Position numbers and translations under genes: made by a program. The notes beneath the pieces are model-generated. The model was not told the origin of the DNA. It did not search any database and worked only from the letters and a program-made list of their open reading frames with translations. Below, piece after piece: positions 40,292 to 50,604 of a stretch of DNA of 64,000 nucleotides (positions are counted from its first letter, which is position 1; each line of letters begins with the position of its first letter). Source of the stretch: Alphaproteobacteria bacterium (GTDB taxonomy: Bacteria; Pseudomonadota; Alphaproteobacteria; Bin95); NCBI GenBank assembly GCA_964291285.2, contig OZ219787.1, forward strand, positions 704,001 through 768,000. Direction: 5' to 3'.

Positions 40292-41987
40292 CCTAAATCC
40301 GGCAGTTGAGGATGGCTTGGCCTTGCCGAATCCCTTGTAGTCTGCGGGTATGAGCGGCTTTTCAGGGGCCGAAGAGGCTCACCCTTTGGGTGATTATCCT
40401 GGCGCTGTGCGGGATGTCGCCCGAGCGTCGGTGAAGGTGGACACCTTCGGCGGCGCGGTTCATGTGGAATGGGACCCTGATGCGGCGGTGACGCCGCTGG
40501 GGCATCTGGCGTTTTTCTCGGAATACCTGAAGGTAAGCGGTCGCTTTGACGCTTTGGTTGCGGACTGCCCGCTGCACTACACGAGCCCGAACGCGCCGTC
40601 GAAGCGGGATGTCCTGGGGACGGTTCTTCTGTCGGTTCTGGCGGGGCAGTCTCGCTATGCGCACATCACGTCGCTGCGCGGCGACGGGGTGAACCCTGCG
40701 CTGCTGGGTATGGACAAGGTTGCGAGCGAGGATTCGGTGCGGCGCGGTCTGGAGCGGATCGGTGCGGATGTCGGCACATCGTGGCTTCAGGGCCATCTGG
40801 ACGAGGTGGTCCGTCCGCTGCTGAGGGAGCCGTGGGTTCTGGACTGCGACACGACGATCAAGGCGCTTTACGGTCGTCAGGAGGGGGCGGTTGTGAGCTA
40901 CAACCCGAAGAAGCCGGGCCGCCCCTCGCATGCCTGCCATGCGTTCCTGATGGCGGGCACGCGGCTTGTTCTGGATGTCGAGGTGGCGCCGGGCAACCAT
41001 CACCATTCGAGGCGCGCGGCGCCGTCCTTGTGGGCGTTGCTCGACCGTCTCGGTCGGGATCGCTGGCCGCGTCTGGTGCGGGGCGATAAGGACTGGGGCA
41101 GCGAGGCCAACATGGCGTCGTGCGAGGCTGCGGGTCTGGACTATTTGTTCAAGCTGCGCCTGACGAAGGGGGCGCGCCGGCTTGCCGAGCGGCTGATGGT
41201 GCGGGACGGCTGGGAGGATGCAGGCCAGGGCTGGTCGGGGATCGGGGCCGATCTGCGTCTGCAGGGCTGGAGCCGGACGCGCCGGGTTGTGGTGCTGCGT
41301 CGGCGGCTTCCTGCGACGCTGGCGCTGACGCGTGGCGACAAGGCCCAGGGCGAGCTGTTCTGGACCGAGGCGCAGCCCGGCACCGGGGTGTGGGAGTTCG
41401 CGGTGCTGGCGACCTCGCTGGACCTGGAGATACGCTCGCTGGCCCAGCTCTACCGCGACCGGGCGGACGCGGAGAACGGCTTCGACGAGTTGAAGAACCA
41501 GTGGGGTTGGGGCGGCTTCACCACGCGCGACCTGACGCGCTGCCGGCACATGGCCCGGCTGATCGCGCTCATCTACAACTGGTGGAGCCTGTTCGTGCGC
41601 CTCGCCGACCCCGACCATCACCGCGAGGCGATCACCAGCCGGCCGCTGCTCCTGCACGGGGTTGCCCGCCAGACCCACCACGCCGGCCAGACCCGGCTGA
41701 CGGTGACCTCCCATCACGGGCGTCGCAAGACGGTGATGGCGGCGCTGCGCCGGATCGCCGGCTTCTTCCGGTCGCTGACGCAAACTGCGGAGCAGTTGAG
41801 CGCCGGGGATCGCTGGCGCCGCATCCTCGCCGAGGCGCTCAGGAAATACCTCCATGGCCGCGAACCGGGGCGTCAACCCTGGCTGCCGCCACCCAGGGCC
41901 GCGACCACGTGCTGAAATCCACGCCCAAATCCGACCGTTCACACTACCCCGAGACAGCGATCAAGCTCGTCAACTGCCGGATTTAGG
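40292..41987 (+). mobile_element. IS1380-like element
   Basis: Perfect 18-bp IRs CCTAAATCCGGCAGTTGA; 5-bp duplication TTCAT (40287-91, 41988-92). Confidence 0.9.
40350..41915 (+). CDS. DDE transposase (IS1380-like)
   Basis: VLDCDTT..LYGRQEGA..YNP.KPGRPSH, VRGD and YRDRADAEN.FDELK motifs. Confidence 0.9.
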   Translation: MSGFSGAEEAHPLGDYPGAVRDVARASVKVDTFGGAVHVEWDPDAAVTPLGHLAFFSEYLKVSGRFDALVADCPLHYTSPNAPSKRDVLGTVLLSVLAGQSRYAHITSLRGDGVNPALLGMDKVASEDSVRRGLERIGADVGTSWLQGHLDEVVRPLLREPWVLDCDTTIKALYGRQEGAVVSYNPKKPGRPSHACHAFLMAGTRLVLDVEVAPGNHHHSRRAAPSLWALLDRLGRDRWPRLVRGDKDWGSEANMASCEAAGLDYLFKLRLTKGARRLAERLMVRDGWEDAGQGWSGIGADLRLQGWSRTRRVVVLRRRLPATLALTRGDKAQGELFWTEAQPGTGVWEFAVLATSLDLEIRSLAQLYRDRADAENGFDELKNQWGWGGFTTRDLTRCRHMARLIALIYNWWSLFVRLADPDHHREAITSRPLLLHGVARQTHHAGQTRLTVTSHHGRRKTVMAALRRIAGFFRSLTQTAEQLSAGDRWRRILAEALRKYLHGREPGRQPWLPPPRAATTC

Positions 41988-42868
41988 TTCATACCGCGCA
42001 TGAAAGAGGCCTGCAGGCACGCCATCTACCGCGCCATGGCCGCCCACCCCGATCCCCGGCCGAACTACAGGACATGGGCCGCAGCCCGGGACGCCGGCAT
42101 CCATATCGCGCCACCCCCACCACACCTGCGTCCCTGGCGCCCAGCCGACGCCGACTCGTGCAGCAATCGCGAATGTCCGCCCCGCGAGCCGCTCTCCCCC
42201 GATCCCCTCCTCGTCGACTTCCAGGAAACCCCACCTCTCTCGCAGGCCTTCTGGCGCGCGGCCCAGCGAGCCGGCATCCACGACCGCCTGTATTGCCAGG
42301 ATACCGATCTCGCCGGCTACGATTGGTACGACGCTCTCCCGAGACTCACCGCCGTCGACATCGAGGTCATTGCCGGCTCTCTCGCCTGGTCCCTCGACGA
42401 TTTCCCGACGGACGACACCTCACCGGGTAGTCGTCCCGACGCCATCACCGCGCACCTCGGGATCAACCACGCCGACGGCTCCAATTCCGCGCTTGTCATC
42501 GACGCCGACCTTGCCTTCGCCGGCAACGAGGACTGCTACGTCGAGGAGATCGCGCCGCTCGTCACCGCCTCGAGCGACATACAGCCCCACGACCTGGCCC
42601 ACCTGATTCGCGAAGCATACTTCTGCTATTCGGACGACGCCGAGGCCAACTCCTGGGAAACCCAGCGCGAGGACTTCGAACTCATCGCCAACCGCATCGC
42701 CACCGAGCTTCTCTGCTCCGAAGACGAAGCCACCATCGACGCGATCCGCAACGAAGCCTCCCGCCACCTTCTCTGGCTCGCTCCGCACAAACGCACCGTC
42801 ACGATTTCGATCGAAGGCAGCAGGGTCCGGGTCTCCCTGAACGACATCCAACCTGAGGAGGCGGCCTG

Positions 42869-43231
42869 ATGCCCAAGACCGTTTCCGTCCAGTGCTGCTT
42901 CGCGCTCTACATGTCCAATACCGTCCAGGTCGAGGTCCCCGACGGCGAGGACATCGAAACCGCCCTCAACAGCGCCATCGAAACCGCAAACTTCGACGAC
43001 GGCTGGAAGCGCCTCGACTACGAAGGCCCGATCTTCATCGTCGCGGCCTGCAACGGACACAGCACCGATCCGGGAGCGTCGGCCGACCGCATCGAAGTGC
43101 CGTACATCCTGACGGAACGCGGCCAGATGCAGCTCGACATTCCGTCCGATGCACGGCCCGTCACCGACACCTCAAACCAGTCCGAGCAACCCGACACCCA
43201 CGACACTGCCTTGACCCGGCCCGCATCCTGA
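42869..43231 (+). CDS. Hypothetical protein
   Basis: TGATG coupling, GAGGAGG RBS, coding-like codon usage. Confidence 0.65.
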   Translation: MPKTVSVQCCFALYMSNTVQVEVPDGEDIETALNSAIETANFDDGWKRLDYEGPIFIVAACNGHSTDPGASADRIEVPYILTERGQMQLDIPSDARPVTDTSNQSEQPDTHDTALTRPAS

Positions 43232-43276
43232 CTTAACCGTCAATCCGATCCCGGAGCTTTCCAGGGAGACCACAAC

Positions 43277-43537
43277 ATGACGACAGCATTCGATACCCTC
43301 TCCGCCGCGCAGCACATGGAAGATGCCGGCATGGACCGCAAACATGCGGAAGCCGTCGCCGCCGCCATCCGCTCCGGGCAGGGAGAACTGGCAACCAAAG
43401 CCGACCTTTCCGTCCTCCGCAGCGACATCACCGGAGTCCGTAGCGACATCACCGGACTGCGCTGGATAATCGTCATACACTTCGCAATCAGCCTTGCCAC
43501 CCTCGCTGCCGTCCTCGCAATGGCGTTCCGCGCTTAG
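43277..43537 (+). CDS. CCDC90/DUF1640-like small coiled-coil membrane protein
   Basis: FDTL..AGM..AEA..LATKADL, duplicated heptad RSDITG (21-bp repeat), C-terminal TM. Confidence 0.8.
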   Translation: MTTAFDTLSAAQHMEDAGMDRKHAEAVAAAIRSGQGELATKADLSVLRSDITGVRSDITGLRWIIVIHFAISLATLAAVLAMAFRA

Positions 43538-43567
43538 CTCGCCCCAGCCCGGACTTACCCCTTATCA

Positions 43568-43601
43568 AGGCCCCGCGCCGGCTCCCGCCGCGCGGGGCCT
43601 T
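43568..43601. terminator. Hairpin / possible terminator
   Basis: AAGGCCCCGCGC...GCGCGGGGCCTT stem after the 43277 gene. Confidence 0.5.
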
Positions 43602-43657
43602 CCCGTTGAGCCCCGATCCTTGGCCTCCATTCCCCACCCTCCAGCCAGGCCCGACCC

Positions 43658-44041
43658 ATGCACACCATTTCGATCGATTTACCCCCGCCTCCGGCCATCT
43701 CCTGCGAGCGCCTGATCGTCGCTGCCTCCGGCGTCATCGCCGCCCTCTCCAAAGCCGGCTACGAGTTCACCACCACCATCAATCGCGAACCCGATCCCGT
43801 GCCCGGACGCCCGGCCTATTTCGTCTTCATCGCGCTCCATGACAACGAGGCCAACGGCTTCACCCCACACACCCTCGTCGACATCAAGATCACGGCCGAC
43901 GCCGCCGATCCCGCGGTCACCGTCCACGACACGTTTCCCGGCCGGTACCCCGCCCATATCGCCAAACACGAGACCATCGAGCGCTTCAAGCGCCGCCTCG
44001 CCCGCCACAACTTCCTGTTCCCCATGCAGATCCGTCTCTGA
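43658..44041 (+). CDS. Hypothetical protein
   Basis: Coding-like codon usage, co-oriented with neighbours. Confidence 0.6.
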   Translation: MHTISIDLPPPPAISCERLIVAASGVIAALSKAGYEFTTTINREPDPVPGRPAYFVFIALHDNEANGFTPHTLVDIKITADAADPAVTVHDTFPGRYPAHIAKHETIERFKRRLARHNFLFPMQIRL

Positions 44042-44131
44042 GCACCGCCGCCTGAAGCCGAGGAAAGCCGTTTCCAACCGGACCGGCCGCTCCGGTCCGT
44101 CATCGATCACCGATGCCACGGGACCCTGCCC

Positions 44132-44887
44132 ATGCCCCCTCTCGACGACTGCACCGCGCCGCGCAAGCCGGTCCTGCCCCTCTTCGCTTCCTCTCCGGAG
44201 ACCGACGCCGACGCGACACCGTCCGCCAGGCTCATATCTCCCGCGCTCAGGCTCATCGGCGAGCAGCGCGACATCCTGGACGAACGCGAACTCGTCACCC
44301 TCCTCCTTTCGGGCTCCCGGCCGATCGAGGAGGCCGAAGCGCTGGCCGACACCCTTCTGGCCGTCTTCCGCGACCCGTCCCGCATCCTTGCCGCTACACC
44401 CGGACGGCTCCGCTCCGTCCCCGGCATCGACAATGACGCCATCGTCGCCATCAAGGTCGCCGAATGCCTCGCCATCCGGCACTCGGCCGCGCGGCTTCCC
44501 GATACCGTCAACCCGATGCTCAACGACTACAAGGCCGTAATCGAGCACTGCCGGTCGCTCATCGCGCACAAGCCGCACGAGGAACTGCACGTCCTCTATC
44601 TCGACATCCGCAACCGGTCGATCGCCTTCGAGCTTCACCGCACGGGCACCGTGAACAATGTCCGTGCCCATCCCCGCGACATCGTCATGCGCTCCCTGCA
44701 ACTCAACGCCACCGCACTCGTGCTCGTCCACAACCACCCGAGCCAGGTCGCGGAGCCGTCCCGCGACGACGTCGCCCTCACCAACGAAATCAAGACCGGC
44801 GCCGCCTGTCTCGGCATCAAGCTCCTGGACCACATCATCATCACGGAATCCGGCCATCTCAGCTTCGCCGCAGCCGGCCTTATCTGA
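44132..44887 (+). CDS. radC: RadC/JAB-domain protein
   Basis: GTVN..HPRDI, LVHNHPS..PSRDD..LT and LLDHIII motifs. Confidence 0.93.
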   Translation: MPPLDDCTAPRKPVLPLFASSPETDADATPSARLISPALRLIGEQRDILDERELVTLLLSGSRPIEEAEALADTLLAVFRDPSRILAATPGRLRSVPGIDNDAIVAIKVAECLAIRHSAARLPDTVNPMLNDYKAVIEHCRSLIAHKPHEELHVLYLDIRNRSIAFELHRTGTVNNVRAHPRDIVMRSLQLNATALVLVHNHPSQVAEPSRDDVALTNEIKTGAACLGIKLLDHIIITESGHLSFAAAGLI

Positions 44888-45074
44888 CCAGACACAGCAA
44901 CCGCCTACCGCTCTTTCCCGCACAGGAACCCGACCATGCCCGAACCCGGCAGCGCCACCGCATTCGGTCCCGTCATCTCCGCATATGTTGCGGCCAAGGA
45001 TATGTTGCGGAGCGGTCGCATCGAACCGCCCACGCTCAGAACCTTCAATCTGACCGCAACATAATCTTTTGCAG

Positions 45075-46070
45075 TCAGAGCGAGTCAAGGAAGGCCATCA
45101 GCCCCTTGTCCTCCTTCCAGGGACGATCCGGCGCTTCTCCCGCGGCATCGCACAGCGCCATCGCCTTGGCCTTCATTTCGAGATCGATCTGGGCGTAGAC
45201 GTTGGTCGTGTCGAGGTTCTCATGACCCAGCCATGCGCGGATCGTGTTCAGGTCGACCTTGGCCTTGAGCATTTGGCAGGCGCTCGTGTGCCGAATCAGG
45301 TGGGGCGTCACTTTCCTCCCTTCCAGCTCCGGCACTCGGGCGGCACAGCGTTCCACGAGCCGGTAGACCCCGAACCGGGTGTACGGTCTCCGCTGCCGGC
45401 TGAAGAAGACGGCATCGCCGTCGGCCCGACCATGCAGCAGTCCGGCAAGCGCACGCTCGGTCCGGGGCCAGAGCGGACACTGGCGGCGCTTTCCGCCCTT
45501 GCCGTGGATCGTCACGAGCGCGTGGCCGCCGTCGCGCCGCCCGATCTGGAGGTCTCCCTTCACGAGGCCGGTCGCTTCGGAGACGCGCGCCGCGGAGTTG
45601 AAGAGGAACAGCAGCAGGGCGTGTTCCGTCCGGCCGCGTTGGGTGCCGCGGTCTGGGACCTTGATGAGCGCCTCCATCTCCGCCTTGCTGAGCCAGCCGA
45701 CCGGCTGCGGCGTCGCCTTCTTCAAGGCGACCGAGCGGACGCCCGCGCTCCACTCCAGGCTGGCCGGGTCGCGGCTGGCGACGAAGCGGGCGAAGGCCCG
45801 GACCGCGGTCAGTCGCTGGTTGCGGGTCTGCACGGAGCAGCCGCGGCCTTCCTCTAGATGGACAAGGAAGTCAAGCACGCGCCGGGGCGTGAGATCTTCC
45901 AACGCAAGTCGCTCGGCCGGCTTGCGGGCCTTTGCGCCCACGAACGGGACCAGGAGCTTGAAGGTGTCGCGGTAGCTGAGCTGGGTGTTGCGCGCGAGGT
46001 TGCGTTCGGTGACGACATGTTCGACCAGGAACCGGCGCAGCCAAGGGCTGAGCGTGCGGGGATCACTCAT
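45075..46070 (-). CDS. Tyrosine recombinase (RitC-like)
   Basis: ARVSE, HGKGGK.R, TPHLIRH and WLGH..TT.VY motifs. Confidence 0.93.
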   Translation of the reverse strand: MSDPRTLSPWLRRFLVEHVVTERNLARNTQLSYRDTFKLLVPFVGAKARKPAERLALEDLTPRRVLDFLVHLEEGRGCSVQTRNQRLTAVRAFARFVASRDPASLEWSAGVRSVALKKATPQPVGWLSKAEMEALIKVPDRGTQRGRTEHALLLFLFNSAARVSEATGLVKGDLQIGRRDGGHALVTIHGKGGKRRQCPLWPRTERALAGLLHGRADGDAVFFSRQRRPYTRFGVYRLVERCAARVPELEGRKVTPHLIRHTSACQMLKAKVDLNTIRAWLGHENLDTTNVYAQIDLEMKAKAMALCDAAGEAPDRPWKEDKGLMAFLDSL

Positions 46071-47016
46071 GGCCGCCTCCGTTGACATGGCGGTCAAAGC
46101 GAACCGAGGCCTCCTGTAGCAGTTCTGGCGTCATCGAGAGGTAGACCCGGGTGCCGTCGAGACTGTCGTGACCGAGCCAAGTGGAGAGCGCCGGCAGTAA
46201 TCGCTGCACGTCGGCTCCCTGCCGGTACCACGATTCCAGCCGATGCACCGCCGCCGCATGGCGCAGCGAATGAAGGCACGGCGCGCGGCGTCCGTCGTTC
46301 CCGTCACGCCGGATCCCGGCTGCCTTGAGCAACCTACTGAACACGTCCCGGGCGGTATCCCCGACCAGGGGGGTGCCGTCGAGGTTGGCAAGCACCGTCG
46401 AGGCGCTGCGCTGCGGCAATGGGCGCTCGACGCGCTTGGCGACATGGGCCCGCAGGGCATCCGCGAGTTGCGGGCAGACAGGAACGAGGCGGGTCTTGAA
46501 GAACTTTGTGTTCCGTATGGTCAGGACCGCCTCGGCCAGGTCGGCGTCGTCGAGCGTCAGGCGCTGCGCCTCGCCAAACCGAAGGCCTGCGCCGTAGAGA
46601 AGCAGGAGCAGCGCCCGCAGGGTGTCCGCGTTGAGCTGGACCGAGCGCTGGCAACAGGCGTCGATGGCGCCGAACAGGCGCCGAAGCTCTTCGCGGGAGA
46701 AGACGTACGGCGGTGCCGGGAGTGGAGTTCTTGGTTCGTCCTCCGGCGCCGGAACCGGAGACCGGGCGACGAGACCTCGGCTGATCGCGTAGCGGTAGAA
46801 TCCGCAAAGCGCGCCGTGCTTGCCGGCCCGGTACCGGGTGAGCCGTCCGTTGCCGGCGAGGAAGCCGAGAACGTCCGCGTCGGTGACGGACTCGCACTCG
46901 ACGCCTTCCCCGACATGTCGGGCGAAGAGATGCAGCATCCGCGCACCACCGTCGAACTTCGCGCCGTGGTCCTGGCGCCAGGCGACGTAGGAATTGATCA
47001 CGTCCCGGAGCATCAT
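46063..47016 (-). CDS. Tyrosine recombinase (RitB-like)
   Basis: GLRFGEA, TKFFKTRLVP, LHSLRH and LSTWLGH..T.VYL motifs. Confidence 0.93.
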   Translation of the reverse strand: MMLRDVINSYVAWRQDHGAKFDGGARMLHLFARHVGEGVECESVTDADVLGFLAGNGRLTRYRAGKHGALCGFYRYAISRGLVARSPVPAPEDEPRTPLPAPPYVFSREELRRLFGAIDACCQRSVQLNADTLRALLLLLYGAGLRFGEAQRLTLDDADLAEAVLTIRNTKFFKTRLVPVCPQLADALRAHVAKRVERPLPQRSASTVLANLDGTPLVGDTARDVFSRLLKAAGIRRDGNDGRRAPCLHSLRHAAAVHRLESWYRQGADVQRLLPALSTWLGHDSLDGTRVYLSMTPELLQEASVRFDRHVNGGGHE

Positions 47017-48266
47017 GTCAGGCCCTCCAGGTCGATGCTGGCGACCTCGCGCAGCGTGCCAAGGCGCACCCTGGCGTATTCCGAGGTGGCCCTGATGCCG
47101 CGATGTCCGAGATAGTCGCCGACCTCCTTCATCGACAGGCCGTGGTCGAGCAGGTGCTGCGCCGTGCCGTGGCGCAGCGCGTGCGGGCCGCGACACTTGC
47201 CCGTTATGCCGATCCGGTCGAGACGGCTTCTGACGACATGTCCGATCGCGCGCGTGGTAATCGGACGGATCGGAGCGTTCAGGGTCAGGAACAGCGCTCT
47301 CTCCGGGTGTCGGGGACGGCCGTCGCGGACATAGCGCAGGATTGTCTGCCCGACGCCGCGTGAAAGCGGATAGAGATGCGTCCGGGCCGGCTTCGGGCAG
47401 CGCACCCGCAGGATCTCCTCCGTCCAGTCGAGATCGTCGAGCCGCAGGCCCGCGACCTCCCCGGAACGCAGGCCGTAGGCGACCAGTACCATCAGGATCG
47501 CGCGGTCGCGAACGTCGGCAGGGCAGTCGCTTTCGGAGGTCGCGAGAAGGCGCAGGACCTCGTCCCGATCCAGCCCCTTCGGAAGCGGCTTGCCCGGATG
47601 GAACCGCGGCGGCATGATCCCGTCCGCCAGTCCCGGCGTGCACCAGCCCCGGCTTTCAGCGAACCGGAAGAAGGTGCGGAGACGTTCCGCGTAGCAGCGG
47701 ATCGCGATCCGGCTGCAGTGGCGGGCATGCCAGCGTGCTACCTCCCGATCGATGTCGGCGATCTCGACCTCGGCCAGGGACACTCCGCGGTCGTCCAGGC
47801 GAACGAGGAAGCGGTCGACGACATACAGGCGGCAGAGAACCGTCTGTTCGGACAACCCGCGCTCGTCGCGCATCCAGGCCTCGAAGGCCGCGACTTCCCT
47901 AGCGTGAGCGTGCCGCGCCCTGGCCGGTTCGTCGATAAGGCCGGCGAGGCGTAGCCATCGCTTCGCGTGGCCGATGAAGCGCAGACGCGCCTTGGACGTA
48001 GCGGGCCGGCTGGATTGGCGGCCGCCGGGCAGCGACCATTGATCGGCCGCGGCTTCCACGCGTGTCACGCTGACGCGCTCGCCTTCGTGCAGGTCCAGAA
48101 GGCGAACCAAGCTGACCTGCTGCGCCGCGATCGTGCACAGCGTATCCCGACTGGCGCCTGCCTGGGCATAGTACTCAAGGTAGCCGAGCCGTTCATCCAG
48201 CAGCGGCGCTATGCGATAGCGCCCAGCGGTGCTTGGACGGGCGAAGAGAGTCTCGAACATTGTCAT
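47013..48266 (-). CDS. Tyrosine recombinase (RitA-like)
   Basis: GLRSGEV..L.LDDLDW, GPHALRH and YLGHR..TSEYA motifs. Confidence 0.93.
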   Translation of the reverse strand: MTMFETLFARPSTAGRYRIAPLLDERLGYLEYYAQAGASRDTLCTIAAQQVSLVRLLDLHEGERVSVTRVEAAADQWSLPGGRQSSRPATSKARLRFIGHAKRWLRLAGLIDEPARARHAHAREVAAFEAWMRDERGLSEQTVLCRLYVVDRFLVRLDDRGVSLAEVEIADIDREVARWHARHCSRIAIRCYAERLRTFFRFAESRGWCTPGLADGIMPPRFHPGKPLPKGLDRDEVLRLLATSESDCPADVRDRAILMVLVAYGLRSGEVAGLRLDDLDWTEEILRVRCPKPARTHLYPLSRGVGQTILRYVRDGRPRHPERALFLTLNAPIRPITTRAIGHVVRSRLDRIGITGKCRGPHALRHGTAQHLLDHGLSMKEVGDYLGHRGIRATSEYARVRLGTLREVASIDLEGLT

Positions 48267-48916
48267 GTCTCCTTTTGGTTGGAGACATGACCTTGGCAAA
48301 CGGTAGCGCGTCAGGAAATTATGTTGCGGTCAGATTGAAGGTTCTGAGCGTGGGCGGTTCGATGCGACCGCTCCGCAACATATCCTTAGCCGCAACATAT
48401 GCGAAGAGATGTTGCATGCAACATCTCTTCGCCTACACCCGCGCCCAGGCGATCGAGGATGGCCTCCTCGTCGACGTCTCCGACACCGCGCGCGAGGCGG
48501 GCTTCAACATCCCCGTCGCCGTTACGCGAGCCGTCTGGAACCGCCTGATCGCCCTTCCCGACGGCTACCAGGGCTTCCAAGACGAGCGCGGACGCCTCTG
48601 GGACGTCGTCTCGATGGCGCGCCATTACGCGCTCCGCGCCTCTGACCGCGACCGCGTGACCATGTGCGTGCTGGTGCGCGACATCCGCCAGGACCTGCAC
48701 GACAGCAACCGGCCGCCGCGCAAGCACTTCCCCGTCGTGGCGATCGGCGCCGGCGACGAAGGCCAGCCCGCGATCACCATCATTTTTCCCGAAGACGACT
48801 GAGCGCGCCCGCTCCTCCCCGCAGCCCGCCCCGCTGCTCCTCCACATCAACGTCACCCGCTCCGGTCGCCTCAACTCCGCCGGACCCTACCTGCCCCTTC
48901 CACCGGAGAGTCCCCC

Positions 48917-50419
48917 ATGCTCACCGTCGACAACTTCGCCTGCGGCGGAGGAACATCGCTCGGCATCGAGAAGGCGCTCGGCCGCCCGGTCGATTTCGCC
49001 GCCAACCACGATGCCGAAGCCATCGCCATGCACCGCATCAACCACCCCGCCACCGTCCACTATCTCCAGGACATCTGGGCCGTCGATCCCGCCGCCATCG
49101 CCAGCCTGGCCCCGATACTGCTTGCCTGGTTCAGCCCCGACTGCACGCATTTCAGCACCGCCAAGGGCTCGGCCCCCATACGGCCCGAACACCAGCGCAG
49201 CCGCGACCTCGCATGGGTCGTCATCCACTGGGCCCGCCTCGCGCGCCCCCGCATCATCATGGTCGAGAACGTGCAAGAGTTCATGGGATGGGGCCCGCTC
49301 CTCCCCGACGGCCGTCCGAACAAGTCCCGCGCCGGCGAAACCTTCCGTTCCTGGCTCGCAGCCCTCTCAGACGCCGGCTACACCTTCGAGTGGCGCAAGC
49401 TCCGCGGCTGCGATTACGGCGCCCCCACCTTCCGCACCCGGTTCTTCCTCGTCGCGCGGCGCGACGGCCTTCCCATCATCTGGCCGGATCCCACCCACGG
49501 TCCCGGCCGCCGCCCCTTCCGCGTCGCTGCCGATTGCATGGACTGGGCCGTGCCCGTCCACTCCATCTTCCTCTCCCGCGAACAGGCCCGCAAAGCTCGC
49601 GTTCGACGGCCGCTCGCCCACAAGACCCTGGCCCGCATCGCCAGAGGCGTGAAACGCTACGTCCTCGACGCCGCCCACCCCTTCATCATCCCCGTCACCC
49701 ATGACGGCGACCACCGCACCCACGCCATCACCGAACCGCTGCGCACCGTCACCACCGCGAAGCGCGGCGAGTTCGCATTCGTGGCCGCGCACATGGCACA
49801 GCACAACACGGGAATGACCGGCCACTCCTGCGGAGAGCCTGTCAGCACCATCGTCTCCCGGGGCTCGAACCAGGCTCTCGTCACCTCGCTCCTCACCCGC
49901 GAGTTCGGCGCCAGCACCGGACAGCCCGTCGACAGGCCCATGCCCACGGTCATGCCCCGGGGCGGAGGCAAGACCACTCTCGTCTCCGCCTGCCTCACCA
50001 ACTTCCACCAGAGCAATACCAACGGGGGCTCCGGAGATCTCCGCGAGCCCGTCAACACCATCCTCGCCCAGGGCCAGCACAAGGCGCTGGTCGCCGCCTT
50101 CCTCGCCAAATATTGCGGAACCGACCCCGGCCTTCGCGATCCCGCTCCTGACGCAACCGCGAAGGCGCGCGCCGGCCTCGTCTCCATCGACGCCGTCGAC
50201 TACCAGCTCACCGATATCGGCATGCGCATGCTCACGCCCCGCGAGCTCTACAACGCCCAGGGATTCCCGGACACCTACCGCATCTCCTTCGAGTTCAACG
50301 GCAAGCCTCTCAGCAAGGAAGCCCAGATCCGGATGTGCGGAAACTCCGTCTGCCCCGATATCGCCAAAGCACTCGTCGCCGCCAACGTCCGGCCTCACCT
50401 CCACTCGCCCGCCGCCTGA
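48917..50419 (+). CDS. DNA cytosine-5 methyltransferase, phage/plasmid type, no cognate restriction gene seen
   Basis: DNFACGGG, FSPDCTHFS, ENV, DYGAPT.R.R, RMLTPREL..AQGFP and CGNSVCP motifs. Confidence 0.93.
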   Translation: MLTVDNFACGGGTSLGIEKALGRPVDFAANHDAEAIAMHRINHPATVHYLQDIWAVDPAAIASLAPILLAWFSPDCTHFSTAKGSAPIRPEHQRSRDLAWVVIHWARLARPRIIMVENVQEFMGWGPLLPDGRPNKSRAGETFRSWLAALSDAGYTFEWRKLRGCDYGAPTFRTRFFLVARRDGLPIIWPDPTHGPGRRPFRVAADCMDWAVPVHSIFLSREQARKARVRRPLAHKTLARIARGVKRYVLDAAHPFIIPVTHDGDHRTHAITEPLRTVTTAKRGEFAFVAAHMAQHNTGMTGHSCGEPVSTIVSRGSNQALVTSLLTREFGASTGQPVDRPMPTVMPRGGGKTTLVSACLTNFHQSNTNGGSGDLREPVNTILAQGQHKALVAAFLAKYCGTDPGLRDPAPDATAKARAGLVSIDAVDYQLTDIGMRMLTPRELYNAQGFPDTYRISFEFNGKPLSKEAQIRMCGNSVCPDIAKALVAANVRPHLHSPAA

Positions 50420-50604
50420 CCCGGCCCGTTTTCTTCCGCCGAATCCGGCACCTATGTCTCATCCCGCTTGTGATATGCTTCGCGAGCGGGTCGGGACCAT
50501 CTTCGCTTCAATCCCGGAGGCGACGACATGAACACCAACCGCGGACTTGCTGCCGACCACCCATTCTCATCGATGGACGGCGCCGCACCTGCGAAGGGTT
50601 CCTG

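Larger units (their letters stand above)
39435..42869 (+). pseudogene. GHKL (HATPase_c) ATP-binding protein split by IS1380
   Basis: ETLQNARRAGA, DDGAGI and EDAAGMGF motifs; ATPFI|PRMKEAC rejoins in frame. Confidence 0.88.
44983..48432 (-). mobile_element. RIT element (recombinases in trio)
   Basis: Three overlapping tyrosine recombinases; 86-bp IRs 44980-45065 / 48318-48403 (1 mismatch); 32-bp perfect palindrome 48401-48432; CGC shared at both junctions. Confidence 0.92.
44936..48802 (+). pseudogene. DUF6573-like gene split by the RIT element
   Basis: FGPVISA|YTRAQAIEDGLLVDVS..AREAGF.IPVAVT..QDERGRLWDV..GD.G.P.ITI.FPEDD rejoins in frame. Confidence 0.8.

Noticed and set aside
48917-50419. 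Complete restriction-modification system
   Set aside because: No adjacent restriction endonuclease is recognisable.
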